From contig JBDKRC010000259.1 in assembly GCA_039683575.1 (NCBI GenBank), forward strand, positions 1 through 16,117: a stretch of 16,117 nucleotides of DNA, in the 5' to 3' direction. The DNA comes from Armatimonadia bacterium (GTDB lineage Bacteria; Armatimonadota; Zipacnadia; Zipacnadales; UBA11051). The translations under genes and the position numbers were made by a program. Below the pieces are notes generated by a model. That model saw only the letters and a program-made list of their open reading frames with translations, searched no databases and was not told the DNA's origin. Positions 1 to 7,742 of this stretch are shown here, in pieces (the first letter of the stretch is position 1; every line of letters begins with the position of its first letter).

Positions 1-64
1 TATTCGGGGCGGCGTGGGCAGTGAAGCAGAACAGCAGGGCAAGCAGGCTGAGCAGACGGTACAT
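1..64 (-). CDS. N-terminal fragment of a secreted hypothetical protein (runs off window start)
   Basis: Minus-strand ATG at 64 with GGAGG (71-75) upstream; translates MYRLLSLLALLFCFTAHAAPN, a Sec-type signal peptide with an AHA cleavage motif. Confidence 0.7.
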   Translation of the reverse strand, partial: MYRLLSLLALLFCFTAHAAPN

Positions 65-143
65 GGCGGGCCTCCCTGGGGTGCAAGACAGACGCTTTGT
101 GGAGGTTCAACAGGAAAGGGCCCGGACCTTCTGCAGAACTGGG

Positions 144-172
144 CGCGGGAGCGACTAAATGCCGCTCCCGCG
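144..172 (-). terminator. GC-rich hairpin downstream of gatA, possible terminator
   Basis: CGCGGGAGCG (144-153) / CGCTCCCGCG (163-172), 10-bp stem about 30 nt past the gatA stop; no clear U-tract. Confidence 0.45.
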
Positions 173-199
173 AGGTGTGAAGCCTGAAAGTGTCTGTCC

Positions 200-1663
200 T
201 TACAGCGCGGGGCGCTGTTTGTGCCATTCGGTGGACTGCTCGTAGGCGTAGGCCACCTTGAGCAGTGTCGGCTCGTCGAAGAAGCGGCCCATTAGCTGCA
301 TACCAATGGGCAGGCCCTGCGAGAAGCCGCAGGGGACATTCATCGCGGGGATGCCCGCGAGGTTGATCGGCAGCGTGCAGATATCGGCGAGCTTCATGGC
401 CAGCGGGTCGTCGGCCTTTTCGCCGATCTTGAAGGCGACGGTCGGTGAGGTGGGGCAGACGAGGAAGTCATACTTCTCGTAGGCGCGCTCGAAGTCCCGC
501 TTGATGAGCGTGCGGACCTGCAGGGCCTTCTTGTAGTAGGCGTCGTAATACCCGGCGCTCAGGACGTAAGTGCCCTTGATGATGCGCAGGCGCACCTCGG
601 GGCCGAAGCCCTCGGCCCGACTCTGGGAGAACATGTCATAGATATCGGTGGTTTCCTCGCTGGTGCGGTGGCCATAGCGGACGCCGTCGTAGCGTGCGAG
701 GTTGCTGGAGCACTCCGCCGGAGCGATGATGTAGTAGCATGGGAGGCTGTATTCAGCGTTGGGGAGGCTGACTTCCTCACAGGTGACGCCGAGGGCCTCG
801 AACTGCTTGATAGCAGCCTCGACAGCGGCGCGGACGTCGGGCTCGATGCCCTCGCCGTAGAGCAGCTCGTGGACGATACCGGCCTTGAGGCCCTTGACGT
901 CCTGGCCGAGGTTGGCGGTGTAATCAGGCACGGGCAACGCGGCGGAGGTCGAGTCCAGCGGGTCCTGCCCGGAGATGACCCCGAGAAGCAGCGCGCAGTC
1001 CCGCACGTCCTTGGCCAGCGGGCCGACCTGATCGAGCGAGGAGGCGTAGGCGACGACGCCATAGCGGGAGACGCGGCCATAGGTGGGCTTCATGCCGACA
1101 AGGTTGCACAGCGAGGCGGGCTGGCGGATGCTGCCGCCGGTATCGGAGCCGAGGGCCCAGTAGGCCTCCCCAGCGGCCACGGCAGCGGCGGAACCACCAC
1201 TTGAGCCACCGGGAACGCATTCGAGGTTCCACGGGTTGGCCGTGACCTGGAAAGCGGAGTTTTCGGTGGAAGAGCCCATGGCGAACTCGTCCATGTTGGA
1301 CTTGCCGACCATGGGCAAGCCGGCCTCTTCACAGCGCTGGACGACGCTGGCGGTGTAGGGCGGGACGAAGTTGTCGAGCATCTTGGCGCCGCAGGTCGTG
1401 CGGACGCCGGTGGTGCAGAGCAGGTCCTTGTGGGCGATGGGAACGCCAGCCAGCGGGGAGACGGCCTCGCCCCTGGCGCGCTTTTCGTCCACGGCGGCGG
1501 CCTGCTGCTCGGCGACCTCGCGGGTCAGGGTCAGATAGGCCTTGACCTGTCCCTCAACGGCCTCGACACGGTCAAAAGAAGCCGCCACGGCCTCAGCGGC
1601 AGAGACTTCGCGGCTCTGCAGCTTCTCGGCCAGTTGCCATGCGGTCAGTTCATGCAATTGCAC
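200..1663 (-). CDS. gatA: Asp/Glu-tRNA amidotransferase subunit A
   Basis: Amidase signature (AHKD, GKSNMDEFAMGSSTENS, PGGSSGGSAAAVAA, GSDTGGSIRQPA), SSNLARYDGVRYG and VLSAGYYDAYY. Start moved to GTG at 1663 behind an AAGGAG RBS. Confidence 0.97.
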   Translation of the reverse strand: MQLHELTAWQLAEKLQSREVSAAEAVAASFDRVEAVEGQVKAYLTLTREVAEQQAAAVDEKRARGEAVSPLAGVPIAHKDLLCTTGVRTTCGAKMLDNFVPPYTASVVQRCEEAGLPMVGKSNMDEFAMGSSTENSAFQVTANPWNLECVPGGSSGGSAAAVAAGEAYWALGSDTGGSIRQPASLCNLVGMKPTYGRVSRYGVVAYASSLDQVGPLAKDVRDCALLLGVISGQDPLDSTSAALPVPDYTANLGQDVKGLKAGIVHELLYGEGIEPDVRAAVEAAIKQFEALGVTCEEVSLPNAEYSLPCYYIIAPAECSSNLARYDGVRYGHRTSEETTDIYDMFSQSRAEGFGPEVRLRIIKGTYVLSAGYYDAYYKKALQVRTLIKRDFERAYEKYDFLVCPTSPTVAFKIGEKADDPLAMKLADICTLPINLAGIPAMNVPCGFSQGLPIGMQLMGRFFDEPTLLKVAYAYEQSTEWHKQRPAL

Positions 1664-1695
1664 GGGAACAATCTCCTTCGGGCGACGACGGTCCA

Positions 1696-1799
1696 ACTGT
1701 AGGGCGGGGGCTCCGTACCCCGCCGCTCGGGTAGTCGTAGATAACGGCGCGGCGGGGTACGGAGCCCCCTGCGACGCAAACGTCGCTACGCCCTACAGT
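1696..1799 (-). repeat. REPIN-like element copy 1 (inverted pair of GTAG-type REPs plus conserved spacer), with a 20-nt insert at 1770-1789
   Basis: ACTGTAGGGCGGGGGCTCCGTACCCCGCC ... GGCGGGGTACGGAGCCCCC[insert]GCCCTACAGT; the spacer is approximately the reverse complement of that in copies 2 and 3. Confidence 0.9.
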
Positions 1800-1815
1800 C
1801 CGAGGCGGATGCGAC

Positions 1816-2115
1816 CTACTCTTCAGTCTCCATGAATAGCGACGTGCGGAAGAAGCCATCCACTGCGTCGGGGGCGTTGGCGACAACGTCCTCCACCGGC
1901 AGTGACTCCCACGTCGTATCGGCGCGGTAGATGTTCTTCATCGGCACGGCATGCGAGGTAACCGGCACGTCTTTGGTGTCGAGTTCCTGCAATTCCTGGA
2001 AATGTGTCATGATGCGGTTGAGCTCGCCGCCAACGCGCTCGATTTCCTCTTCAGAAAGAGCCAGGCGCGCTAGTTTGGCGACATGACGGATGTCATCTTT
2101 GGTGACTTCGGGCAT
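1816..2115 (-). CDS. gatC: Asp/Glu-tRNA amidotransferase subunit C
   Basis: MPEVTKDDIRHVAKLARLAL...LQELDT...VANAP...FF; 99 aa; GGAGG RBS (2124-2128); directly upstream of gatA. Confidence 0.95.
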   Translation of the reverse strand: MPEVTKDDIRHVAKLARLALSEEEIERVGGELNRIMTHFQELQELDTKDVPVTSHAVPMKNIYRADTTWESLPVEDVVANAPDAVDGFFRTSLFMETEE

Positions 2116-2154
2116 AAACGACGCCTCCGGGTGGTGCGACACGGGGATACAGGC

Positions 2155-2183
2155 AGTTTAGCAGACGGTATCGGGGGCGTCAA
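2155..2183 (-). promoter_or_regulatory. sigma70-type promoter for gatCA
   Basis: Minus strand TTGACG-17 bp-TAAACT, 40 nt upstream of the gatC start. Confidence 0.7.
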
Positions 2184-2227
2184 CATGAGGGCGGGGGGGT
2201 GTACACGTGTGGGCGCAGGGAAGCGCT

Positions 2228-2314
2228 CAAAATGGGGACGGAGCCTTGACGCCGACGTTTCGTTGGTGGAACTGACCGAGCCTCAGTCGGCGTCAAGGCT
2301 CCGTCCCCATTTTG
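2228..2314. repeat. Perfect 29-bp inverted repeat with 29-bp spacer (MITE/REPIN-like)
   Basis: CAAAATGGGGACGGAGCCTTGACGCCGAC (2228-2256) is the exact reverse complement of 2286-2314. Confidence 0.85.
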
Positions 2315-2400
2315 GCCGATCAGTTTGCGTCTGACGGAAGACAGGAGAAGCGGCCAGTGAGGGCGAAACCATCCGCATCCTCACCCACGGGAGTATCCGT

Positions 2401-3210
2401 ATGGCGTTGGCGACTTTCATGTTGATCGCGGACTTGCACATGACCGGCTTTGAGATCAAGGACGGGCTGGTGTGCCCAAGGCTGCCTGCGCACGCCTGGT
2501 GGGCCGTGGATCGGCGCTATGACATCATGGGCTACCTGCTGCCGATTGCGCTCCAGCAGGCGCAGGCGGACTTTCAGCCCGGCTTCGTCATGTTCGGCGG
2601 CGATATGGTAGACGACGGCTTCGGTAAGTACGGGCGCGGCGACCTGACAATGGTGCGCGACCTGGCGACCAAGCACTGCACGAGCAAGCCGTGTTTCCTG
2701 TATGGCAACCATGACGGGCCACAGGCGCAGTTCGAAGAGCTGTTTGGGCCGCTGAACTATACCTTCGACCAGGGTAACCTGCGTTTCATCGTCCTCAACA
2801 CGGGGACGATGGACTGGGAGAAGGAGGAGGCAAGCTCGCGGGCGGCGATAGCGCACCTGCAGGAGAGCCTGCGCACGGCGGAGGGGCGGAAGGTTATCGT
2901 GATTGCCCACCAGTGGCTATACCCGACGGACGTGGAGGGCTACAGCATGGCGCACGCGGACGAGGCGTTGGCGGCGTTGGAAGCCTATTCAGGCACTGTA
3001 GCGGTCCTGAACGGCCATTATCACACGGGGAAGTACCAGGAGAAGAACGGGATACACTACCTGACGGCCAAGGCGTTCTGCGAGAAGCCATTTGCGTACT
3101 ACCAGTACCAGATCACCGCTGATGAGCTGGTCTGCACGGAGTACACGCTCAAGCCGTCGCAGCAGAAGTTCGTCCCGGGCGTGGAGCAGCGTCTGAAGCT
3201 GAGGAAGTAG
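2401..3210 (+). CDS. Calcineurin-like metallophosphoesterase
   Basis: Motifs DLH, GGD, GNHD, AH and GHYH in canonical order; GGGAG RBS upstream. Confidence 0.9.
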   Translation: MALATFMLIADLHMTGFEIKDGLVCPRLPAHAWWAVDRRYDIMGYLLPIALQQAQADFQPGFVMFGGDMVDDGFGKYGRGDLTMVRDLATKHCTSKPCFLYGNHDGPQAQFEELFGPLNYTFDQGNLRFIVLNTGTMDWEKEEASSRAAIAHLQESLRTAEGRKVIVIAHQWLYPTDVEGYSMAHADEALAALEAYSGTVAVLNGHYHTGKYQEKNGIHYLTAKAFCEKPFAYYQYQITADELVCTEYTLKPSQQKFVPGVEQRLKLRK

Positions 3211-3213
3211 GGG

Positions 3214-3249
3214 AAAAGCAAAACGCCCCTTCGGTTGAAGGGGCGTCTT
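3214..3249 (-). terminator. Intrinsic terminator for the tRNA, possibly bidirectional
   Basis: Stem ACGCCCCTTC (3223-3232) / GAAGGGGCGT (3237-3246); on the minus strand it is followed by a T-rich tract; lies between the convergent CDS and tRNA. Confidence 0.8.
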
Positions 3250-3259
3250 AGCAATACTG

Positions 3260-3335
3260 TGGTGGACGGGAAGGGATTCGAACCCTCGACCTCCTCCGTG
3301 CGAGGGAGGCGCTCTCCCAGCTGAGCTACCCGCCC
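3260..3335 (-). tRNA. tRNA-Ala(CGC), 76 nt, CCA encoded
   Basis: GGGCGGG TA GCTC AGCTGGGA GAGC G CCTCC CT-CGC-AC GGAGG AGGTC GAGGG TTCGAAT CCCTT CCCGTCC A CCA; G3:U70 alanine identity pair and A73. Confidence 0.97.
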
Positions 3336-3347
3336 GTGGGGATCAGC

Positions 3348-3376
3348 ATTATAGCGCGTGAATAAGGGCATGTCAA
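3348..3376 (-). promoter_or_regulatory. Perfect consensus sigma70 promoter for tRNA-Ala
   Basis: Minus strand TTGACA (3376-3371), 17 bp, TATAAT (3353-3348), 12 nt upstream of the tRNA 5' end. Confidence 0.9.
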
Positions 3377-3466
3377 ACGTTGTCAGGGCCATTATTCGCA
3401 TGGCAGGTGAGGCCGCCAGGCCCGTCGAAAGGCACCGCTGCACACCATCATTAGGGAGTGGATATC

Positions 3467-4441
3467 ATGTCTATTCGTATTGGCTTCATCGGCACCGGCG
3501 GCATTGCGCAGGGCCATATGAAGCGTCTGTCGGAGATGCCGGAAGTTGAGATGGCGGGTTACTTTGACGTTGCCGCCGACCGGGCGCAAAAAGCGGCCGA
3601 TGACTTTGGCGGGAAGGCCTACAAAAGCGCGGTTGAGCTTCTGGACAGCGGTCTGAACGGCGTGGTCATTTGCACGCCGCCCTTTGCTCACGGTCCGGCC
3701 GAACTGGCCGCCTGCGAGCGGAAGATCAACATGCTGCTCGAAAAGCCCGTGGCGATCACCGTGGACATGGCCAAGCCGATCCTCGAGGCCATCAAGAGCA
3801 GCGGGATCGCGACCGTGGTGGGCTACAAGTACCGCTGGGACGACCATGTGATCCGCGCCAAGCAGATGCTGGCCGGCAAGAAGATCGGGCTGGTGTTCGG
3901 CAATTTCTGGGGCGGGACCCCGGGAGCGCCGTGGTGGCGCGTGCAGGCACAGTCCGGCGGGCAGTTCGTCGAGCAGACGACTCATATCGTTGACATGGCG
4001 CGGTACCTGTGCGGCGAGGTGACGGGGGTGTCGGCGCTGGAGACGCGGCTGTTCATGCACGAGGCTCTGGAGAACTATGACATCGCGGACGCCGCGGCGG
4101 CCAATCTGGTGTTTGAGAACGGCGCCATCGGCAACATCAGCAACACCTCGATGGTCACGGGCTGGGGCCAGAGCAGCCTGCGCGTGATGGCGCACGAGTT
4201 CACGCTGCAGATCGCCGGGCACAGCCTGACCTGGGCCGGAAAGGACGGCACGGGCGAGTATGCCATGCAGGCCGATGGCTACACCGGTGAGGACAAGGCG
4301 TTCGTGAAGGCCTGTCAGGGCGACAGGTCGGAAGTGTACGCCGACTACGAAGAGGGCCTGAAGTCGCTGGCGGTGTCTGAGGCAGTGGCCAAGTCGGCGG
4401 CGGAAGGCTCGTGTCTGGTGAAACTGGCGGAGTTGCTGTAG
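3467..4441 (+). CDS. Gfo/Idh/MocA family NAD(P)-dependent oxidoreductase
   Basis: IGFIGTGGIA Rossmann motif, ICTP, LEKP, SGGQFVEQTTHIVD; ATG at 3467 chosen for the GGAG RBS 8 nt upstream. Confidence 0.92.
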   Translation: MSIRIGFIGTGGIAQGHMKRLSEMPEVEMAGYFDVAADRAQKAADDFGGKAYKSAVELLDSGLNGVVICTPPFAHGPAELAACERKINMLLEKPVAITVDMAKPILEAIKSSGIATVVGYKYRWDDHVIRAKQMLAGKKIGLVFGNFWGGTPGAPWWRVQAQSGGQFVEQTTHIVDMARYLCGEVTGVSALETRLFMHEALENYDIADAAAANLVFENGAIGNISNTSMVTGWGQSSLRVMAHEFTLQIAGHSLTWAGKDGTGEYAMQADGYTGEDKAFVKACQGDRSEVYADYEEGLKSLAVSEAVAKSAAEGSCLVKLAELL

Positions 4442-4457
4442 GGCCGGAGTCGTGTCG

Positions 4458-4563
4458 GGCTGTAGGGCGGGGGCTCCGTACCCCGCCTGCCGTTATCTAC
4501 GACCTTCCCGAGCAGCGGAGCGGTGTCTGCACCGCAGGGGTACGGAGCCCCCGCCCTACAGCC
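4458..4563 (+). repeat. REPIN-like element copy 2, with a 20-nt insert at 4517-4536
   Basis: GGCTGTAGGGCGGGGGCTCCGTACCCCGCC-TGCCGTTATCTACGACCTTCCCGAGC-AGC[insert]GGGGTACGGAGCCCCCGCCCTACAGCC. Confidence 0.9.
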
Positions 4564-4572
4564 GGAGGCGCC

Positions 4573-4601
4573 TTGCCAGAATCGTCTCCGGCTGGCATAA
4601 T
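4573..4601 (+). promoter_or_regulatory. sigma70-type promoter for the deacetylase/isomerase genes
   Basis: TTGCCA-17 bp-CATAAT. Confidence 0.65.
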
Positions 4602-4681
4602 TGAACCACACGCTGCTACAGATCATGGCAGCCGGCTGTTGATGGCCGGCTGCCATGTCTTATCTCCGTAAGGAGGCTCAC

Positions 4682-5521
4682 GTGCCCCTCTTTGCTGACG
4701 CGCGCGCGGTCGTGGCCATCGGCTGGGACGGCGAGATGATCGGCGAATACGCCGATACGAACTCCACCGGCAAAACCCACGGCCACCTGGATGATCGCAC
4801 TATCCGGTATGCGATGGATGTCGCCGAGATGGCCGAGCAGGCTGACTTCCGGATGCAATACTTCCTGCTCGGGCAGAGCTTTGAGCAGCCTATGGACTGG
4901 GCGGCGGAACTTCTGAGCCGGGGGCATGCGCTTGATCAGCATACTTACAGCCATCTTCCGCTGATCGGCGAGGAAGTCGAGGTAGCGCGGGAGCTCACGG
5001 AGACTTCGCGGCTGTTTGAGGAGAAGTTGGGGTTTCGTCCAGTGGGGCTGCGGGGGCCCGGCGGGTATGCACATGGGCTGCATGACCACCCGCGGGCACA
5101 GGAGATCGTCAAGGAGCAGGGGCTGCAGTTTGTCAGTTGCCATTACGCCACAAAGACCCCCAGCGGCCCTTACGACGTCTATGCAGACAAGAATGCGTAT
5201 CAGATAATCAAGCACCACCAGCCGCGCCGGTACCCCAATGGGCTGCTTGAAATCCCGATTTCGGGGTATACCGACCGGCACTTTCTGGACAATCTGGCGC
5301 GCCCGGTGGAGCGGTTTACGAAGCACTTGCAGGACTGCCTCGATTTCGCGTACGATATGGGGGGGCTGGTATACGCGGTGGCGCTGCACCCGGACACGAT
5401 GTCGCGGCATGACCCGCAGATGCAGGCGCTGGCGGGGCTGATTGAGCACGCGCAGCGGAAGATGGATAAGGTGCGATTTGTGACGTACCGGGAGGTGGCG
5501 GAGGCGGCGCTGGCTGGCTAA
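4682..5521 (+). CDS. Polysaccharide deacetylase (CE4/NodB-like) family protein
   Basis: IGWDGE (DxE variant of motif 1), HTYSH metal motif, GLRGPG, LEIP, LHP; start moved to GTG at 4682 behind AAGGAGG. Confidence 0.8.
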   Translation: MPLFADARAVVAIGWDGEMIGEYADTNSTGKTHGHLDDRTIRYAMDVAEMAEQADFRMQYFLLGQSFEQPMDWAAELLSRGHALDQHTYSHLPLIGEEVEVARELTETSRLFEEKLGFRPVGLRGPGGYAHGLHDHPRAQEIVKEQGLQFVSCHYATKTPSGPYDVYADKNAYQIIKHHQPRRYPNGLLEIPISGYTDRHFLDNLARPVERFTKHLQDCLDFAYDMGGLVYAVALHPDTMSRHDPQMQALAGLIEHAQRKMDKVRFVTYREVAEAALAG

Positions 5522-5558
5522 GATTCAGGCGTTCCTATGATGTGGAGAGGGCTGCACG

Positions 5559-6236
5559 ATGAAACGTTCCCAAATCAACCAAATCATTCGCGAGGGCATC
5601 GCCTTCTGCGAGCAGATGAACTTCAAATTGCCGCCATTCGGCTATTGGAAGGCCGACCAGTGGCAGGGGCGCGGGGCGGAGTGGGATGAGATCCGCGACA
5701 ACATGCTCGGCTGGGATTGTACCGATTTCGGCTCCAATGACTATGCCAACGTCGGACTGCTGCTCTTCACGATCCGCAATGGCAACCTGAAGCTCACCGA
5801 GAAGTACGAGAAGCCGTACTGCGAAAAGCTGATGATCATCGGCGAAGACCAGTATTGCCCGTGCCATTACCACTTCAACAAGATGGAAGACATCATCAAC
5901 CGCGGGGGCGGGAACCTGCTGCTCAAGCTGTGGTGGAAGGACGATCAGGAGGGCCTGAGCGACAAGCCGGTCCAGGTCTCCATAGACGGGCACCGCGTCG
6001 AGGTGGAAGCCGGCAGCGTGGTGCGGCTGACGCCGGGGGAGAGCATCACCCTGCCTTCGTACCTGTACCACACCTTCTGGGCCGAGCAGGGCCAGGGGCA
6101 GGTGCTCTCAGGCGAGGTCTCGAAGGTTAACGATGATGTAACCGATAACCGCTTCCTGGAGGAGCTTCCGCGGTTTTCGGCGATTGAGGAAGACGAGGCG
6201 GCGGAGCATTTGCTGTGTAACGAGTATCCGCGGTAG
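5559..6236 (+). CDS. D-lyxose/D-mannose ketol-isomerase family cupin protein
   Basis: MKRSQIN..., LPPF, LGWDCTDFG, GLLLFTIRNG, YCEK, PCHYHFNKMEDIINRGGG, LTPGESITL, GEVSKVNDDVTDNRF; all characteristic of this family. Confidence 0.9.
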   Translation: MKRSQINQIIREGIAFCEQMNFKLPPFGYWKADQWQGRGAEWDEIRDNMLGWDCTDFGSNDYANVGLLLFTIRNGNLKLTEKYEKPYCEKLMIIGEDQYCPCHYHFNKMEDIINRGGGNLLLKLWWKDDQEGLSDKPVQVSIDGHRVEVEAGSVVRLTPGESITLPSYLYHTFWAEQGQGQVLSGEVSKVNDDVTDNRFLEELPRFSAIEEDEAAEHLLCNEYPR

Positions 6237-6245
6237 GGAGCGGGC

Positions 6246-6377
6246 TCGGGCTGTAGGGCGGGGCTTGGCGATGTCCGCATCGCAACTCGTACCCCGCCTG
6301 CCGTTATCTACGACCTTCCCGAGCGGCGGAGCGGTGTCTGCACCGCAGGGGTACGGAGCCCCCGCCCTACAGCCCGA
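6246..6377 (+). repeat. REPIN-like element copy 3, with two 20-nt inserts (6265-6284, 6328-6347)
   Basis: TCGGGCTGTAGGGCGGGGC[insert]ACTCGTACCCCGCC, same spacer as copy 2, then GGC[insert]GGGGTACGGAGCCCCCGCCCTACAGCCCGA. Confidence 0.9.
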
Positions 6378-6445
6378 AACGCTACAGCCGGAACCGCTTG
6401 AATATATGAACATCACACACACTCGTATCCCACTTCTACGCAAAG

Positions 6446-6572
6446 GTTGTCACCAGGGCGGCTCTAGTCAGCCCGGGGAAAGCCCGGGCGTGACAGCCGA
6501 GGCTGGCGTCTGCCAGCCTCCCGGAGGGGCCGAGCTTTAGCCGGCCCAGTAGAGCCAACCTGAAAGGACAAC
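6446..6572 (+). ncRNA. Candidate structured cis-regulatory leader RNA (four-way junction), family unassigned
   Basis: Four helices can be drawn by complementarity and the basal helix brackets the RBS of the aminotransferase; structure read by eye only. Confidence 0.55.
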
Positions 6573-6578
6573 ACCAAA

Positions 6579-7736
6579 ATGCATCTGGCAAACCGCATGC
6601 AGCGTCTCGGCACCGAGACCGCTTTTGAAGTACTCGCACGGGCTAAGCAGCTTGAGCGCGAGGGCAAGAACATCGTTCACCTCGAGATCGGCCAGCCCGA
6701 CTTCGACACCCCCAAGTTCATCAAGGACGCGGCCTGCAAGGCTCTCGACGAGGGCGTAACGGGCTATGGCCCCTCGGCCGGCGATCCGGACCTGCGCGAG
6801 GCAGTGGCCGAGCACATCAGCACCAGCCGCGGCTTCCCCGTGAGCCCGAACGAAGTCGTGATCGTGCCGGGCGCCAAGCCCATCATCTACTGGGGCATCA
6901 CGGCCTGCGTGGACGAGGGCGACGAAGTTATCTACCCCAACCCCGGCTTCCCGATCTACGAGTCCATGATCAACTTCGTCGGCGCCAAGCCCGTGCCGAT
7001 CGCGCTGCGCCAGAAGAACGACTTCCGCCTCGACCCGCAGGAACTGATCTCGCTGGTTACCCCCAAGACCCGCATGATCATCATCAACTCGCCCCAGAAC
7101 CCCACTGGTGGCGTGCTGGAGATGGAAGACCTCGAGGCCATCGCTGAAGTCGCCATCAAGAACGACATCATCGTCATGAGCGACGAGCCATACGAGTCGG
7201 TTCTCTACGAGGGCAAGCACTACAGCATCGCGGCGCTGCCCGGCATGAAAGAGCGGACCATCCTGCTCGACTGCTTCAGCAAGAGCCACGCGATGACCGG
7301 CTGGCGGCTGGGCTACGGCGTTTGCCCGGTGGAAGTGGCTGACGCCATCGCCAAGCTGGAGACCAACTGCGTATCCTGCACCACCGTCTTCGTGCAGAAG
7401 GCCGGAATCGCCGCTCTCAAGGGCCCCATGGACGAGTCCCGCGCGATGGTGGCTGAGTTCAAGCGCCGCCGCGACGTGATCGTGGATGGCCTGAACCAGA
7501 TCAAGGGCTTCAGCTGCCTCAAGCCCAAGGGCGCGTTCTACGTGTTCCCCGACATCACCGGCACCGGCATCGACTCGCGGACGCTCGCCAAGAAGATCCT
7601 CGAAGAGGCCGGCGTGGCCGTGCTGTCCGGAACGGCGTTTGGGGAATATGGTGACGGTCACCTGCGTCTGTCATATGCGAACTCCGTGGAGAACATCCAG
7701 GAAGCGCTGAAGCGGATCGGGAACCTGCTGAACTAG
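6579..7736 (+). CDS. PLP-dependent aminotransferase class I/II (AspC-like, subgroup Ib)
   Basis: LEIGQPDFDTP, NSPQNPTG, SDEPY, FSKSHAMTGWRLGY (PLP lysine), GAFY, LRLSYA; AAAGGA RBS. Confidence 0.93.
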   Translation: MHLANRMQRLGTETAFEVLARAKQLEREGKNIVHLEIGQPDFDTPKFIKDAACKALDEGVTGYGPSAGDPDLREAVAEHISTSRGFPVSPNEVVIVPGAKPIIYWGITACVDEGDEVIYPNPGFPIYESMINFVGAKPVPIALRQKNDFRLDPQELISLVTPKTRMIIINSPQNPTGGVLEMEDLEAIAEVAIKNDIIVMSDEPYESVLYEGKHYSIAALPGMKERTILLDCFSKSHAMTGWRLGYGVCPVEVADAIAKLETNCVSCTTVFVQKAGIAALKGPMDESRAMVAEFKRRRDVIVDGLNQIKGFSCLKPKGAFYVFPDITGTGIDSRTLAKKILEEAGVAVLSGTAFGEYGDGHLRLSYANSVENIQEALKRIGNLLN

Positions 7737-7742
7737 ATCGTC

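Noticed and set aside
3260-3335. tRNA as an integration site for a genomic island
   Set aside because: No integrase and no duplicated tRNA 3' end noticed in the window; a terminator follows directly
6406-6540. 44-codon leader peptide (MNITHTRIPLL...) as a ribosome-mediated attenuator
   Set aside because: No RBS, no run of regulatory codons and no U-tailed terminator before the aminotransferase
6184-6540. ORFs crossing the repeats (1542-1835, 4345-4656, 4411-4671, 6108-6443, 6184-6540) with shared peptides such as CRAGAPYP
   Set aside because: The shared peptides are simply translations of the REP sequence, not a protein family
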